From Candidatus Bathyarchaeota archaeon (GTDB lineage Archaea; Thermoproteota; Bathyarchaeia; TCS64), in assembly GCA_018652685.1 (NCBI GenBank), contig JABIBQ010000028.1, forward strand, positions 34,648-98,647: 64,000 nucleotides of DNA. The letters run 5' to 3'. The notes beneath the pieces were generated by a model. It searched no databases and had not been told where the DNA came from. It saw nothing but the letters and a program-made list of their open reading frames with translations. The position numbers were made by a program, and so were the translations under genes. Below are positions 21,136 to 31,284 of this stretch, one piece after another. Every line of letters begins with the position of its first letter. Positions within the stretch are counted from its first letter, which is position 1.

Positions 21136-22032
21136 ATGGGAGACAGACTCAAGGACATGAACGTCCTGATCACAGGCTCGGGCAGAGGCTTCGGCCAGTC
21201 CATGGCGGTCTCTTACGCGTCCGAGGGCGCCCACGTCATCTCGACCTCCAGGACCTGGAGCGAGCTCAGGAACACAGAGGCATACATCAGGGCCGTCGAG
21301 GGACGGGTCTCCACCATCCCATGCGATTTATCAGACGACGAGTCCGTCAAGGCCCTCACGCAGGCCATCATTGATCTTGGAGGCGTCGATATCATCGTCA
21401 ACAACGCGGCCACAAGCCCATGGAAGACCATCGACGAGATGACGGTGGAGGACTGGGACCTCGTACAGACCGTCAACCTCAGGGCCCCGTTCCTCCTTAC
21501 AAAGCTCCTCTACAAGTCAATTGCCGAGAGGGGAGGGGGAAGCATAATCAACATCAGCTCAGGCTCGTCAAGGTTCGGTTTCATGGCGGAGCTGGCGTAC
21601 TGCCCCAGCAAGTTCGGGCTTGAGGGACTCACCCAGTGCCTCGCGTTGGAGCTTAGGCAGCACGGCATCGCTGTGAACTCCCTCAACGTTAGCGCGCCAC
21701 CGGGGCTCCGGTTGAAGCCCACCGAGCTAACAGAGGAGGAGGCCGATGGCATGCCGGAAGAGGTTAAGGTCAAATATGCCACGGTGGAGTCCATGGTCGA
21801 AAAGTTCACCGATGCATGGGTCTTCCTGGCGCTCCAGAAGGGAGACGGGATCACGGGCCAAAGGTTCAGGACCCGCACGCTTGCCGAGGACCTGACTGGG
21901 CTCGGCGAGGAGGCCGTGGCGAAGAGATACCGCGGCAAGCTCCTTGAGGCCGTCTACACCCAGATCGATTTCCCCGAGAAGGTCAAGTACCAGACGCCCG
22001 AGGGCGGCTGGAAGGAGATCAGGTTCACCTGA
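21136..22032 (+). CDS. SDR family oxidoreductase with extended C-terminus
   Basis: TGSGRGFG, NNAA, NISS, YCPSK; start taken at MGDRLKD. Confidence 0.9.
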   Translation: MGDRLKDMNVLITGSGRGFGQSMAVSYASEGAHVISTSRTWSELRNTEAYIRAVEGRVSTIPCDLSDDESVKALTQAIIDLGGVDIIVNNAATSPWKTIDEMTVEDWDLVQTVNLRAPFLLTKLLYKSIAERGGGSIINISSGSSRFGFMAELAYCPSKFGLEGLTQCLALELRQHGIAVNSLNVSAPPGLRLKPTELTEEEADGMPEEVKVKYATVESMVEKFTDAWVFLALQKGDGITGQRFRTRTLAEDLTGLGEEAVAKRYRGKLLEAVYTQIDFPEKVKYQTPEGGWKEIRFT

Positions 22033-23044
22033 GCTCTGATCTAATATAGCTCAGCAGTGCCTCGAAGCAATCGTCGTTAGCCATATCATTGTGTTCAATG
22101 TGGATTCCCGACAAGTTCGGTACTCCCAGACCCAGTTTCTCGGCGAGCTTGAACTGTGTCAGTTCCTGTGTTCTGTAATCCACGACCCTCACGGTCCTAT
22201 GTCTCTGCATCAGTGCGGCTGACACTGCGTCTGATGCGACCATGTTGTTGCTGGTAGTGATTATGCCCGGCGAGACCTCGTCCTCGGGGGCCGTTCCTTT
22301 CCCCGTGTTCATCCTGAGGGCGTCGGCGATGACCATGTCTGCGTGGTAGGCGAGGTTTATGTCGATCATCTTCTCGTAGAAATCCTTGCCGTCGTGGAGC
22401 CAGTTCCGCTCCCCGGCGTCGATTATCCCGACCCCCAGCTTGAGGGAGCAGGTGAAGGTGGCGGTGGTGTGGCTTCTCAGTATTGGCGTGAGTATAATCC
22501 TTTCAGCCTCGTAGACTGTTCTGGGTATCTTGAGCCCCTCGGGCCACCACTTTGATTTCTCCGGCTCAACGGTGACCCATTCCTCCTCCTCAAAATAGGA
22601 GATGTTGATCCCCATCTCCTCCGCCACCCTGGTTATGCCCAGGTTCTCCATCGTGGCCCTTGTCGGTAGGCCCCGTGCCCTGCCTGACATGTCACCGACC
22701 ACGATCTGGCCTGGTTTGATGCCCGATTCAATGAGCAGTTCAGCGATTACCCTGATGGTATCGAAATGGGTGTCCCTGGGGTATGGGTCGTCGGTGTTGC
22801 AGTTGGGCTTGATGAGTATCCTGCCCTTCACCCCACGCGTCAGTGGCTCCATGCCGCCGATGAGCCTCACGGCCTCTCTGATCCCCTTCTCCCTGTCCTC
22901 GCACCGTACGACAGAGACGGGGGTCTTTCCGTCTTTCACGTATGGGTCTTCGCGGGTAGTTTTCATGGGTACGGATGGGGCATCAGGTGGGTTGGAAGCC
23001 ATCTCCCTGTACAGCTTCATGGAGTCCTCGGAGGTAACTATCAT
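22025..23044 (-). CDS. DUF362 domain protein
   Basis: ILIKPNCN, SHT.A.FT.SLK..VG, N.VASD motifs. Confidence 0.8.
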   Translation of the reverse strand: MIVTSEDSMKLYREMASNPPDAPSVPMKTTREDPYVKDGKTPVSVVRCEDREKGIREAVRLIGGMEPLTRGVKGRILIKPNCNTDDPYPRDTHFDTIRVIAELLIESGIKPGQIVVGDMSGRARGLPTRATMENLGITRVAEEMGINISYFEEEEWVTVEPEKSKWWPEGLKIPRTVYEAERIILTPILRSHTTATFTCSLKLGVGIIDAGERNWLHDGKDFYEKMIDINLAYHADMVIADALRMNTGKGTAPEDEVSPGIITTSNNMVASDAVSAALMQRHRTVRVVDYRTQELTQFKLAEKLGLGVPNLSGIHIEHNDMANDDCFEALLSYIRSELR

Positions 23045-23079
23045 GGTAAGTAGTGGGCTGTGGGTGGTGATATGATTTT

Positions 23080-24111
23080 CTAGGAGTTGACAAAGAAATC
23101 AGAAGATTCGATTTCCTTTCCAAGCCCCATCTCCTTCACCTTCTTGTAGATGAGATGGACAACTGCCCCGCTCTGGATGTGGGTGCCGTCGCTCTCGAAG
23201 ATTGTTATGTCCTCTGGGGTGTCCCTGCCCGTGATCTTTCCAGCAACGACGTGACCGATCTTTCCCTGAATATCGTTTCTGGTGATGGCTCCTGTCTCAA
23301 AGGACCTCGCGATCTCACCAATAGTGTAGCATTTTTCGCTGTCTACAACGATTCTGGACGACTTCCTGAAGACCTCTGAATCCATCTCGGCTTTCATGTG
23401 TCCATCTGCGCCCATACCACTGATATGAGTGCCCTTCCTGAGCCATTTTCCCTTCACAACCGGTTCTTGGGCGTAGGTCCCAGTTACCAGCACGTTGGAC
23501 CTGGCCATCACTTCTTTGACGGAATCCACGGCAACGATCTCCGCGTTAACGTGCTCACCCATTATCTTTGGGAACGAGTCATCCCGCTTCCTGCCTGAGT
23601 GGGCGTAGACCTTGTCAAACTTCAACTCCTCGGCAAGGCAGGCGAGGGAGCCTCTTCCGATTCTACCCGTACCTATGATCCCGACTGCCTCGATGTCCTT
23701 GGTTGCCATGTACTTGGCGCCGATGGCGGCTGCTGCACCGGTCCTGTACATGCCAGAGTCCAAGCCTGTCGGTCTGGTGCCGAAGGCTCCCCTCGTACGC
23801 TTGATGATTGCCAGTGTCTCTCCTGTCTCGGGGTCAAGTATCTGGCTGATGTACTTGTGGAAATCAAAGTGGAACGTGTAGCTGATGATGAAAACATTGG
23901 ACTCCTCAAGGTACGCCATCCCCTGGCCCACGCTGGTGGTACCGGGCGCGATGTGGGGTAGGTGCTTGCCCTTGATCTGTATCTCAAAACGAGGTGTCTC
24001 CTCCGCAAGACCCATGCCGTCCTGCCTGTACGCGCTCTCGACTACGTCTATGACCTCCCTTGGGGTCAACTCGATCTGGGTAATGTCGCTTTGATCAATG
24101 AGCAGTACCAT
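23080..24111 (-). CDS. Ornithine cyclodeaminase/mu-crystallin family protein (divergent)
   Basis: RTGAAAAIGAKY, GIIGTG.IG, GTHISGMGAD...KAE, GR....ITIFES; start at MVLLIDQ. Confidence 0.85.
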   Translation of the reverse strand: MVLLIDQSDITQIELTPREVIDVVESAYRQDGMGLAEETPRFEIQIKGKHLPHIAPGTTSVGQGMAYLEESNVFIISYTFHFDFHKYISQILDPETGETLAIIKRTRGAFGTRPTGLDSGMYRTGAAAAIGAKYMATKDIEAVGIIGTGRIGRGSLACLAEELKFDKVYAHSGRKRDDSFPKIMGEHVNAEIVAVDSVKEVMARSNVLVTGTYAQEPVVKGKWLRKGTHISGMGADGHMKAEMDSEVFRKSSRIVVDSEKCYTIGEIARSFETGAITRNDIQGKIGHVVAGKITGRDTPEDITIFESDGTHIQSGAVVHLIYKKVKEMGLGKEIESSDFFVNS

Positions 24112-24112
24112 C

Positions 24113-25600
24113 TTAAACCTCCTCGTACCTTGACCCGTGCCAGAAGACCTTGTCACTTGGCCTGAACTCGTCCAGGTCAATCAGGTCGATGGCTTTCTGG
24201 GCCTCGACCCTGGCCAGTTCCATCACTTCTTGTGCATTCACGCTGAGAACCTGGGTGTTCTCCATCACAATCCTGCCGTCGATGATCGTGGTGTCAACGT
24301 CGTGCCCGTTGACGTAGAAGCAGAGTTGGTGTGGGACATAGGTAGTGGGAGTCAGGTGGGGCTTGTCAAGGTCCACGAGAATAATGTCCGCCTTCTTTCC
24401 TGCCTCAAGTGACCCCGTCTCGTGATCCACCTGCAGTGCCTTGGCGGCGTCAATGGTCACCATCCTCAGGGCTTTCCCTCCGGGCAGGACCGCCTGGGTC
24501 TCGTGCCTGATCCATTGGTGCCACATTGCGCGTGAGATGTCTTTGAAAAGATCGAAGCTGAACCTGGGAGCGGACCCATCTGTAGTGATGGTGCAGTTGG
24601 CTCCCGCCTCGATGAGTTCAACCAGTGGGGCGTAGTCGTACCAGAGGTTCTCACCCGTAGATGGTGCCGATGCGACACTTGCCTTGTTTGTTGCGATGAC
24701 TTCCACCTCGCTCTGTTTGAGTCCATTCCCGTGGGCGATCACTACATCTGGTCCTAACACTTTGTCAACGGTTTCCCGCCCGATGTTCTCCACTGCCCAG
24801 TCTATTGTGTCTCCGAAGATGTGGGAGTGGATCTGGACATTGTACTTGTCCGCCAACTCCCTGAACTCCAGTGCCTTCTCCTTCATCACGGGGACGTGCT
24901 CTGGCTCGTACTTATGGGTGTACCGTGTCCAAGTGTGGCGGCCGAAGATATAGGGTGGAGCCAACGCGATCCTGACTCGCCCCTCAGCCCCCAGATGCCA
25001 TTTTTCAATAATCTCGATTGAATTTCTCAAGGCGTCCTCGTAGGTGAAATCCTTCCTCACCCATTCCCCGTTCTCGTAGAAGCTGCCCTTCCACTCCTTG
25101 ATGTGGAGTATGAAGAGGTCCGGGGGACCGACGCCGAGCACTATCTTGGTTCCTACCTTTGCGTAAGCCTCGGCGTTCCTGATTCCGAAAATCGGGCTGT
25201 CTGTCCTAGCTGGTGTTGAGCCGACGATGGATGACCCTGTTGTTACCCCGAAGCGGAGCCTCTCCAGTGCGGCAAGTTGAGCCTCCGCGTACCACCATTT
25301 GTCGGTGGTCGCTTCCCAGTAGATCTTTCCCGCTGGCCATCCATGCCTTGGATGGTGGAACCCTCCGATCAATCCATGGCCAGAGTGCCCATATGTATCA
25401 ATGAGTCCTGGCATTATCGCCTTGCGCTTGGCGTTGATTACCTTCTCCGAGCTGAATTTCGATTCAAGCACGGTGGATTTCCCTACCTCGACTATCCTAC
25501 CATCGGAAACCGCTATTGCACCATCATCGTACATGGTTCCGTTCATGTCCATTGTGAGGAGGGTACCGCCCTTGATCAAAATGTCAACTTTTTCCTTCAT
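24113..25600 (-). CDS. Metal-dependent amidohydrolase (SsnA/MtaD/AtzA-like)
   Basis: IMPGLID, LRFGVTT, IAHG, TTDG, T.DAAKAL.....GSLEAGKKADIILVD. Confidence 0.88.
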   Translation of the reverse strand: MKEKVDILIKGGTLLTMDMNGTMYDDGAIAVSDGRIVEVGKSTVLESKFSSEKVINAKRKAIMPGLIDTYGHSGHGLIGGFHHPRHGWPAGKIYWEATTDKWWYAEAQLAALERLRFGVTTGSSIVGSTPARTDSPIFGIRNAEAYAKVGTKIVLGVGPPDLFILHIKEWKGSFYENGEWVRKDFTYEDALRNSIEIIEKWHLGAEGRVRIALAPPYIFGRHTWTRYTHKYEPEHVPVMKEKALEFRELADKYNVQIHSHIFGDTIDWAVENIGRETVDKVLGPDVVIAHGNGLKQSEVEVIATNKASVASAPSTGENLWYDYAPLVELIEAGANCTITTDGSAPRFSFDLFKDISRAMWHQWIRHETQAVLPGGKALRMVTIDAAKALQVDHETGSLEAGKKADIILVDLDKPHLTPTTYVPHQLCFYVNGHDVDTTIIDGRIVMENTQVLSVNAQEVMELARVEAQKAIDLIDLDEFRPSDKVFWHGSRYEEV

Positions 25601-25666
25601 CAGCTAAAACCTTGGGCTGATTGAGGTAAAACACATATTTATCAACAATCACGAAAGGCGTGATTA

Positions 25667-26257
25667 CTAGGCAAGTTTATCAACGTGTTTGAGGATGTCC
25701 GCGTGAACCTCCTCAATTGATTGAACAGCGTCAACTACGACCAGTTCGCCGAGTTCAGCGTATCTCAGATACTCTGCCCTTACCTTCTTCAGGTACTCGT
25801 TCTCCTCGAAGACGGTTTTCTCCCTATCTGAAACTCGTCCAAGGCTCTTTTCAGGGTCAATGTCAAGGAGAATGACGAGATCAGGCACCAAAGCATGCTT
25901 GTTCAGGCTCTGCATCCAGTCAACATCTGCGCCGGCAGCTCCTTGATACGCTAGACTGCTGTGCTTGTATCTGTCACTGATGACGATTTTCCTCTCTTCA
26001 AGAGCCTTCCTGATGTTTTTCCCGTGTTCGATCCGGTCTGCGGCAAAAAGCAGCGCTTCGGTTTCGGGCTCAAATGACCTGTTCTTTGAGTTCATGTAAT
26101 CCCAGAGAACGGTGCCGATGGTCTCATGGGTTGGCTCCATGTGCTGTTCGACCTCGTAGCCTTTTCTTTTGAAGAAATCGGATAGCATTTTCATCTGAGT
26201 GGACTTGCCTCCACCGTCCACTCCCTCAAATACTATGAAAAGACCCTTCATCGCCAA
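25667..26257 (-). CDS. tmk: Thymidylate kinase
   Basis: FIVFEGVDGGGKSTQ, LLFAADR, ISDRY..SSLAYQG, PDLVILLD. Confidence 0.96.
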   Translation of the reverse strand: MAMKGLFIVFEGVDGGGKSTQMKMLSDFFKRKGYEVEQHMEPTHETIGTVLWDYMNSKNRSFEPETEALLFAADRIEHGKNIRKALEERKIVISDRYKHSSLAYQGAAGADVDWMQSLNKHALVPDLVILLDIDPEKSLGRVSDREKTVFEENEYLKKVRAEYLRYAELGELVVVDAVQSIEEVHADILKHVDKLA

Positions 26258-26290
26258 GGTAGGAGCGGGTGGGGATAAATGGCTTTTGAC

Positions 26291-27430
26291 CTAGAGCTGG
26301 AACAGCTCGCGGTCATATGTGGTCAGGCTTTCGGCTCTACCGTTCTTGATGAGGATCATGTCCTCAACCCTGAGGTAGTACTCGCCCATATGCCAGAGCT
26401 TGGGCTCGACACAGAACACCATGCCGTCAACCAGTTCTTGCCTCTGCTGTGGTCTGAGCCATGGGTCCTCGTGAACCTCGACCCCGATCTGGTGCCCAAC
26501 CATTCCACTCCCTATCCTCGCTCTGAGCTTGTCACCATATCCTTCTCGATCACAGATCTTCTCGATGCTGCCATATATCTCATCAGTGTACTGGACTTCG
26601 CTGCCCATGACATCCGTCGTCTCGACAACCGCCGACATCAATGAGGGGTAAGCCTTCTCGATGTGCTCAGGTGGCTCGCCAAGGTAGAAGCTCCTTCCCC
26701 AATCGCTGCAGTATCCATCATACACGAAACCGATATCAAACGCGATGGCTGTACCGGGCCTCAGAGGCTGGTCTGGTTCGTAATTGAATACGCCAATAGG
26801 CTCACTGCCTGACTTGCAGAAACCTCCCGTCGGTGGGAAGCTGATGTCTGTTGCCCCCTCCAGTCTTCCGAGGTGCCTGATCTTGCTGGTCAGCTCGTGC
26901 ATTGAGATGCCCTCGTCAAGCTCATCGATCACCTTGCCCATCACCTTCTCGGTGAGATAGGCAACATTCCTGAGCTTTGTTATCTCTGTGCTATCCTTGA
27001 TCATCCTTTGCTTGTCTAGGATACCCTCGACGCTCTGGTATTTTGCCCCAGGTATGTTCGAGGCGATTGCCAATACAAGGCTTCCATAGGTGTACTCGCC
27101 GAAACCGATCTTCTTGGGACTGTCAAACTCCGACATGATAGCCTTGACCGTTGGCTTCATGTTTTCAAGGGTTCCAAGAGCTCTCGCGTCCTCGATCCAG
27201 CAGTCCTTCACTTTGCCCCCGTTTCCCAAACCACCGAGCACGATGGGCTCACCGATCCTTGGCACGAAAACGCTATCAGCTGCATAGTTTAAGTCTCTGC
27301 CAGACCGCCAGTCCACCTTTGCCCCCGTGATGTATTGGAAGTCTGGGCTTGCTCCCAGCACGACAAGGTCAAGATTCCTCTCATCCATGTTCGCCTGAAG
27401 ATGTCCAAGTCTCTTTCGATAATCAGTCAT
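26291..27430 (-). CDS. Xaa-Pro peptidase (M24B) family
   Basis: RMIKD..EI, DIG...GYCSDWGR, GH.IG.EVHE, CVEP, RVED; all five metal ligands present; start at MTDYRKR. Confidence 0.92.
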   Translation of the reverse strand: MTDYRKRLGHLQANMDERNLDLVVLGASPDFQYITGAKVDWRSGRDLNYAADSVFVPRIGEPIVLGGLGNGGKVKDCWIEDARALGTLENMKPTVKAIMSEFDSPKKIGFGEYTYGSLVLAIASNIPGAKYQSVEGILDKQRMIKDSTEITKLRNVAYLTEKVMGKVIDELDEGISMHELTSKIRHLGRLEGATDISFPPTGGFCKSGSEPIGVFNYEPDQPLRPGTAIAFDIGFVYDGYCSDWGRSFYLGEPPEHIEKAYPSLMSAVVETTDVMGSEVQYTDEIYGSIEKICDREGYGDKLRARIGSGMVGHQIGVEVHEDPWLRPQQRQELVDGMVFCVEPKLWHMGEYYLRVEDMILIKNGRAESLTTYDRELFQL

Positions 27431-27513
27431 GGGTATAGTGTCCTGTGAAAGCGATAAAGCGTTTATGACTCGCACCCCGAAACCACTTAAACTTGATGCA
27501 TAATACAGGTGCC

Positions 27514-28098
27514 ATGAATCCGAAGGACGTCTTGATGCTCAGCAAGATACCTGATTCAGTGGACTCCGATAGGGTCATCATCCGCAGGTATGTCCCTGGA
27601 GATGGCGATGCGATGTACGCGCTCGCTGAGAGGAACGGCAACCGAGATAACTTGAAGGGGATTGCAGATGACATCGCTGACCTGGAGTCCGTGAAGCACG
27701 CCGAGGTTAAGGCACTCAAACACCGCGCTGAGTGGGCGAAACGTGACCGCTTCGTCGCGGGAGTCTGGCTCAAGGTGGACTGCTCCTATGTTGGTGAGCT
27801 ATGGATTGAGCCCGCTAAGTGGGATGTGCCCAGCTTTGAGATCGGATGGTTCATCGACAAGGGTCACGAGGGTAGCGGTCTGGTTTTCGAGGCGGCTCGG
27901 GCGGGCCTCAACTTCATCTTCGAAGAGCTGAAGGCACACAAAGCTATAGTCCAAACCGATGACACAAACACGAGGAGCTTCAAACTGGCCGAGAGGCTGG
28001 GCTTCAGGAGGGAGGGCCATACTAGGGAGTCCGAGATCAAGGACGGTCAGCGGTTCGGACGCCTCATCTACGGGATGCTCAGGGACGAGCGGTCTTAA
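27514..28098 (+). CDS. GNAT acetyltransferase, RimJ/RimL type
   Basis: FEIGWFI....EG.G...EA, NTRSFKLAERLGFRREG. Confidence 0.88.
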   Translation: MNPKDVLMLSKIPDSVDSDRVIIRRYVPGDGDAMYALAERNGNRDNLKGIADDIADLESVKHAEVKALKHRAEWAKRDRFVAGVWLKVDCSYVGELWIEPAKWDVPSFEIGWFIDKGHEGSGLVFEAARAGLNFIFEELKAHKAIVQTDDTNTRSFKLAERLGFRREGHTRESEIKDGQRFGRLIYGMLRDERS

Positions 28099-28136
28099 CC
28101 ATCAGTTTTTTTTATAATGAACACCACATCTCAATC

Positions 28137-29402
28137 ATGCAGAGCTGGGAGATCAAGGACCCTATACACGGCTACATCGAGGTAACACCCACTGAAAGGG
28201 CTGTAATTGATACGCCCCAGTTCCAGAGACTCAGGCGAGTAAAGCAGCTGTCAGCCGCTCACCTGACCTATCCGGGTGCAGAGCACACCCGGTTCCAGCA
28301 CAGTCTCGGGGTCATGCACATATCGGGTGAGATAGCCCGCAGGCTGCAGGATGTTGAGCTAATCAATCAAAAGGATGCGAACAGGATACGTTTAGCCGGG
28401 TTGCTCCATGATATCGGGCACGGCCCATTCAGCCACCTGTTCGAGGAGGTTCTTGAAAAGATGGACATGGACCACGAGCAGATGTCAACGAGAATAGTCA
28501 GGGAGACCGAGGTTGGTGATGTCCTGAAAGGCCATGGCTTCGATGCCAAAGAGGTGGGCGACCTATCAATCGGGCACCTGGACTGCAATAAACCGTACAT
28601 CAACAATATTATAGCGGGCCAGTTCAGCGCGGATGTACTGGACTACCTGCCAAGGGACAGTTATTTCTCAGGAGTCGAGTACGGCAAGGTGGACTTTGAC
28701 AGGCTGGTCAGGAGCATAGGGGTGGTTGATGATACCCTGGCGGTGAAGGACACTGCTCTATACGTGCTGGAGTCCATGGTCATCGCTCGGTATATGATGT
28801 TCAAGGCCGTCTATTTCCACCGCAGCGTCAGGGCCGCAGAGGTTATGCTTGTAAGGGCGATGGAGCTGGCAGATGAAGAGTTGGGAATAACGGGATTCAA
28901 GACCGCAGACGAGTACCACCAACTTGACGACAACTCAGTAATCAGTATGCTAAGCTCCCTGAAGGACTCATCAAGCAAGGAGAGCAGGACCGCTTACGAG
29001 CTGACCCAGGGTTACCTCGACAGGAAGCTCCTCAAATGCGCCTACGAGACTGTGGTTCACAGGCGGGACAGGCTTGCAGTCAATGTCATGGCCATGGCTG
29101 ATATCAGGGAGAACCTGGCAAAGGATATCGCTGATGAGGCTGGTGTTGACCGTAACACCGTCATCATGGACGTGTCAACGGCACCCAGCGTACCATACGC
29201 TGCGTCGCAGCAGCAGCCCCAGGACATACCCCTATACCACGAGACTGGGGACGGAGGGAAAAAAAAGGTTAGTTTCAGCGAGATGAGTCCACTTGGAGGC
29301 ACACTCGTGGGCTACCTGGACGTGATGAGAGTCTACGCGAAACCCGATGAACTTGAGTCAGTCAGAGAGGCAACTGAGAACAAATTTGGAAAAGAGCAGT
29401 AG
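28137..29402 (+). CDS. HD-domain dNTP triphosphohydrolase-like protein (YdhJ/SAMHD1-like)
   Basis: IKDPIHG, FQRLRRVKQL, YPGAEHTRF.HSLG, LLHDIGHGPFSH, D.LDYL.RD, VYFH. Confidence 0.92.
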   Translation: MQSWEIKDPIHGYIEVTPTERAVIDTPQFQRLRRVKQLSAAHLTYPGAEHTRFQHSLGVMHISGEIARRLQDVELINQKDANRIRLAGLLHDIGHGPFSHLFEEVLEKMDMDHEQMSTRIVRETEVGDVLKGHGFDAKEVGDLSIGHLDCNKPYINNIIAGQFSADVLDYLPRDSYFSGVEYGKVDFDRLVRSIGVVDDTLAVKDTALYVLESMVIARYMMFKAVYFHRSVRAAEVMLVRAMELADEELGITGFKTADEYHQLDDNSVISMLSSLKDSSSKESRTAYELTQGYLDRKLLKCAYETVVHRRDRLAVNVMAMADIRENLAKDIADEAGVDRNTVIMDVSTAPSVPYAASQQQPQDIPLYHETGDGGKKKVSFSEMSPLGGTLVGYLDVMRVYAKPDELESVREATENKFGKEQ

Positions 29403-29468
29403 CTACCAAGATACGCTTCTAAAGCCTGATATACCTCTTTTACCCAGCATAATACGGAGTTCTGGAGC

Positions 29469-29699
29469 ATGTCCAAGGTGTATGTATGCCCATTCTGTGG
29501 GGTTGAGAAGCCGAAAAAGAACCAGATAGACTTCCATTTAAAGTACGGCCACGCCGAAGCCTACCACTTGTTGCAGGAGGACGTGGAGTTGCACGACCTT
29601 GAATCCAAGATGGATGAGTTGTACAAGGAAAAGAAGCTCCTCGACAAAGAGATTGACCTCATGAAATCCATTATTGAGGTTAAGAAAAAGGAAGACTAG
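29469..29699 (+). CDS. Small C2H2 zinc-finger plus coiled-coil protein
   Basis: YVCPFCG...IDFHLKYGH, then a heptad-patterned charged helix. Confidence 0.7.
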   Translation: MSKVYVCPFCGVEKPKKNQIDFHLKYGHAEAYHLLQEDVELHDLESKMDELYKEKKLLDKEIDLMKSIIEVKKKED

Positions 29700-30097
29700 T
29701 CTAGGATTTCGACCTTTCCCTGGTCGGCATCAACCCTGACCCTCATCCCGTTCTTTATCACTTTCAACGGGTCTTGATCAAGCTTGTCCACTAGCGGTAT
29801 GTCGCTTATGACGCATCCGGTGGCTAGTATCGCCTCAGTCTCGATGTTGATGATTGCGGCGGGTGCCGTGCCAAGCTTTGCCATCCTGTAAATGACGTAG
29901 CTGCCTACGGTGCTTCCCTTCCCCGTGGGGAACACGAATACCTTGCCAGTGATGTTCTCGCCTTTGCAGCTGTGCCCTGGGTCGACTATTATCCCGGTGA
30001 CCGGGTCAACGCCCCCGTAAAAGCTCACGGAGTCCATGGATACCAGTGCCTCGCCCTCGGCCACACCGCCCATGACCTTGCGTCCCTTTAGTATCAT
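29696..30097 (-). CDS. Phosphomevalonate dehydratase small subunit (AcnX swivel domain, DUF126)
   Basis: AEGEALVS...SFYGGVDP.TG, FPTGKGSTVGSYV. Confidence 0.93.
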   Translation of the reverse strand: MILKGRKVMGGVAEGEALVSMDSVSFYGGVDPVTGIIVDPGHSCKGENITGKVFVFPTGKGSTVGSYVIYRMAKLGTAPAAIINIETEAILATGCVISDIPLVDKLDQDPLKVIKNGMRVRVDADQGKVEILD

Positions 30098-31284
30098 TTT
30101 GCGGCCTCCTTGACTAAGCTCTCAACCGTTTGCAGTTTTGTCTCAAAGCCGTGGGCCGTGCTGTAGTGTCCGCCCTTGAAGCTGTTGGTGCCAACTCCTT
30201 TCCACCCCATCTCGTGGAGTGGCGCGACCACCATACAGGTATCACGGTAAACCCTTCCACCGGCGTCCTCGATTATCTTGATGAGACCGCCCTTCTCGGC
30301 TTGGTCATAGACGCCCCTGCTGGTGAAGACCCAAAGTTTTCCATCAAGGCTCTTTCCCTTGACTAGATTTGCCGTCTCCTCCATCTCCTTGAGACTGCAG
30401 TGTGGGCATCCTATGCAGTAGGTTGGGTTGTCAGGGTCGGAGACTATCTTTGTCTTTGCCTCCTTGATGTCCTCTTTTGTTATTGTAATTGTCTCGATGC
30501 CTTCCAGGTAACCTGCGGCCCATTCTGCCTCAGGTGTGATTCCCTCGCCGTGCCACAGGGCTATACTCCCGCTAGTGGCGCAGGCGGCCCCCATTGTTTT
30601 CATTGACTCCATGTCAAGGTCACCAAGGCCCCTGAAGTAGGGAACAGCTGACCCTAGCAGCTTTCCTGTGACATAACCGAGCCCGCTGTAGTCCAGCCTC
30701 GAATTCAGGTCTGCCTCCACCTGTATAATCTTGGCGGGCTTCCTATTCTCGGGTAGCCTATAACCGTACAGGGCCGCGACTCCCGTGACCGCTGATGCAA
30801 GGGTCGTTGGCCCCGACTCACGATTTGTCCTCGCTGCTAACACGCTGTTTACGAAGCAGACTGCGTTTGACTCGGCCCATGCGACCTGTGTTCCCCTCCT
30901 GGGGACGTGGCCGATGAGGTATGGTGTGCAGGTGCAAGTTGGCTCTACTCCCATGGACTCGAAAGCGTCAAGAACCCGCCTCTGGCCAATGGCGAACTCC
31001 TCTGGGACGCCCATCTCCTTCCACTTGTCCATGTCCATTCCAGCAGGGTTCAATGTTGCTCTGATCCTGCACTTAGCCCCCGTGGTCGCCTGCTCCTCAA
31101 GCCACTCGGTGCCCGCCTCTCCCAGGTTCTTGTAGCTTACCCCGCTTATGTGAGCCGACTCAACGGGCACCAGCTTTTCCGCGCCGAATACGCTGCCGAG
31201 TGCCACCAGTAGCTCAATGGATTTCCTGACGGCTACCCCTTCCTCGCCGTTCATCATCCGCTCCTGTTTCCGTGTCAGATACAT
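30094..31284 (-). CDS. Phosphomevalonate dehydratase large subunit (AcnX, DUF521)
   Basis: MYLT..QE.M..GEEG, HISGVSYKN.GEAG, TCTCTPY, AWAESNA, IGCPH, DTCMVVAP; start at MYLTRK. Confidence 0.93.
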   Translation of the reverse strand: MYLTRKQERMMNGEEGVAVRKSIELLVALGSVFGAEKLVPVESAHISGVSYKNLGEAGTEWLEEQATTGAKCRIRATLNPAGMDMDKWKEMGVPEEFAIGQRRVLDAFESMGVEPTCTCTPYLIGHVPRRGTQVAWAESNAVCFVNSVLAARTNRESGPTTLASAVTGVAALYGYRLPENRKPAKIIQVEADLNSRLDYSGLGYVTGKLLGSAVPYFRGLGDLDMESMKTMGAACATSGSIALWHGEGITPEAEWAAGYLEGIETITITKEDIKEAKTKIVSDPDNPTYCIGCPHCSLKEMEETANLVKGKSLDGKLWVFTSRGVYDQAEKGGLIKIIEDAGGRVYRDTCMVVAPLHEMGWKGVGTNSFKGGHYSTAHGFETKLQTVESLVKEAAK

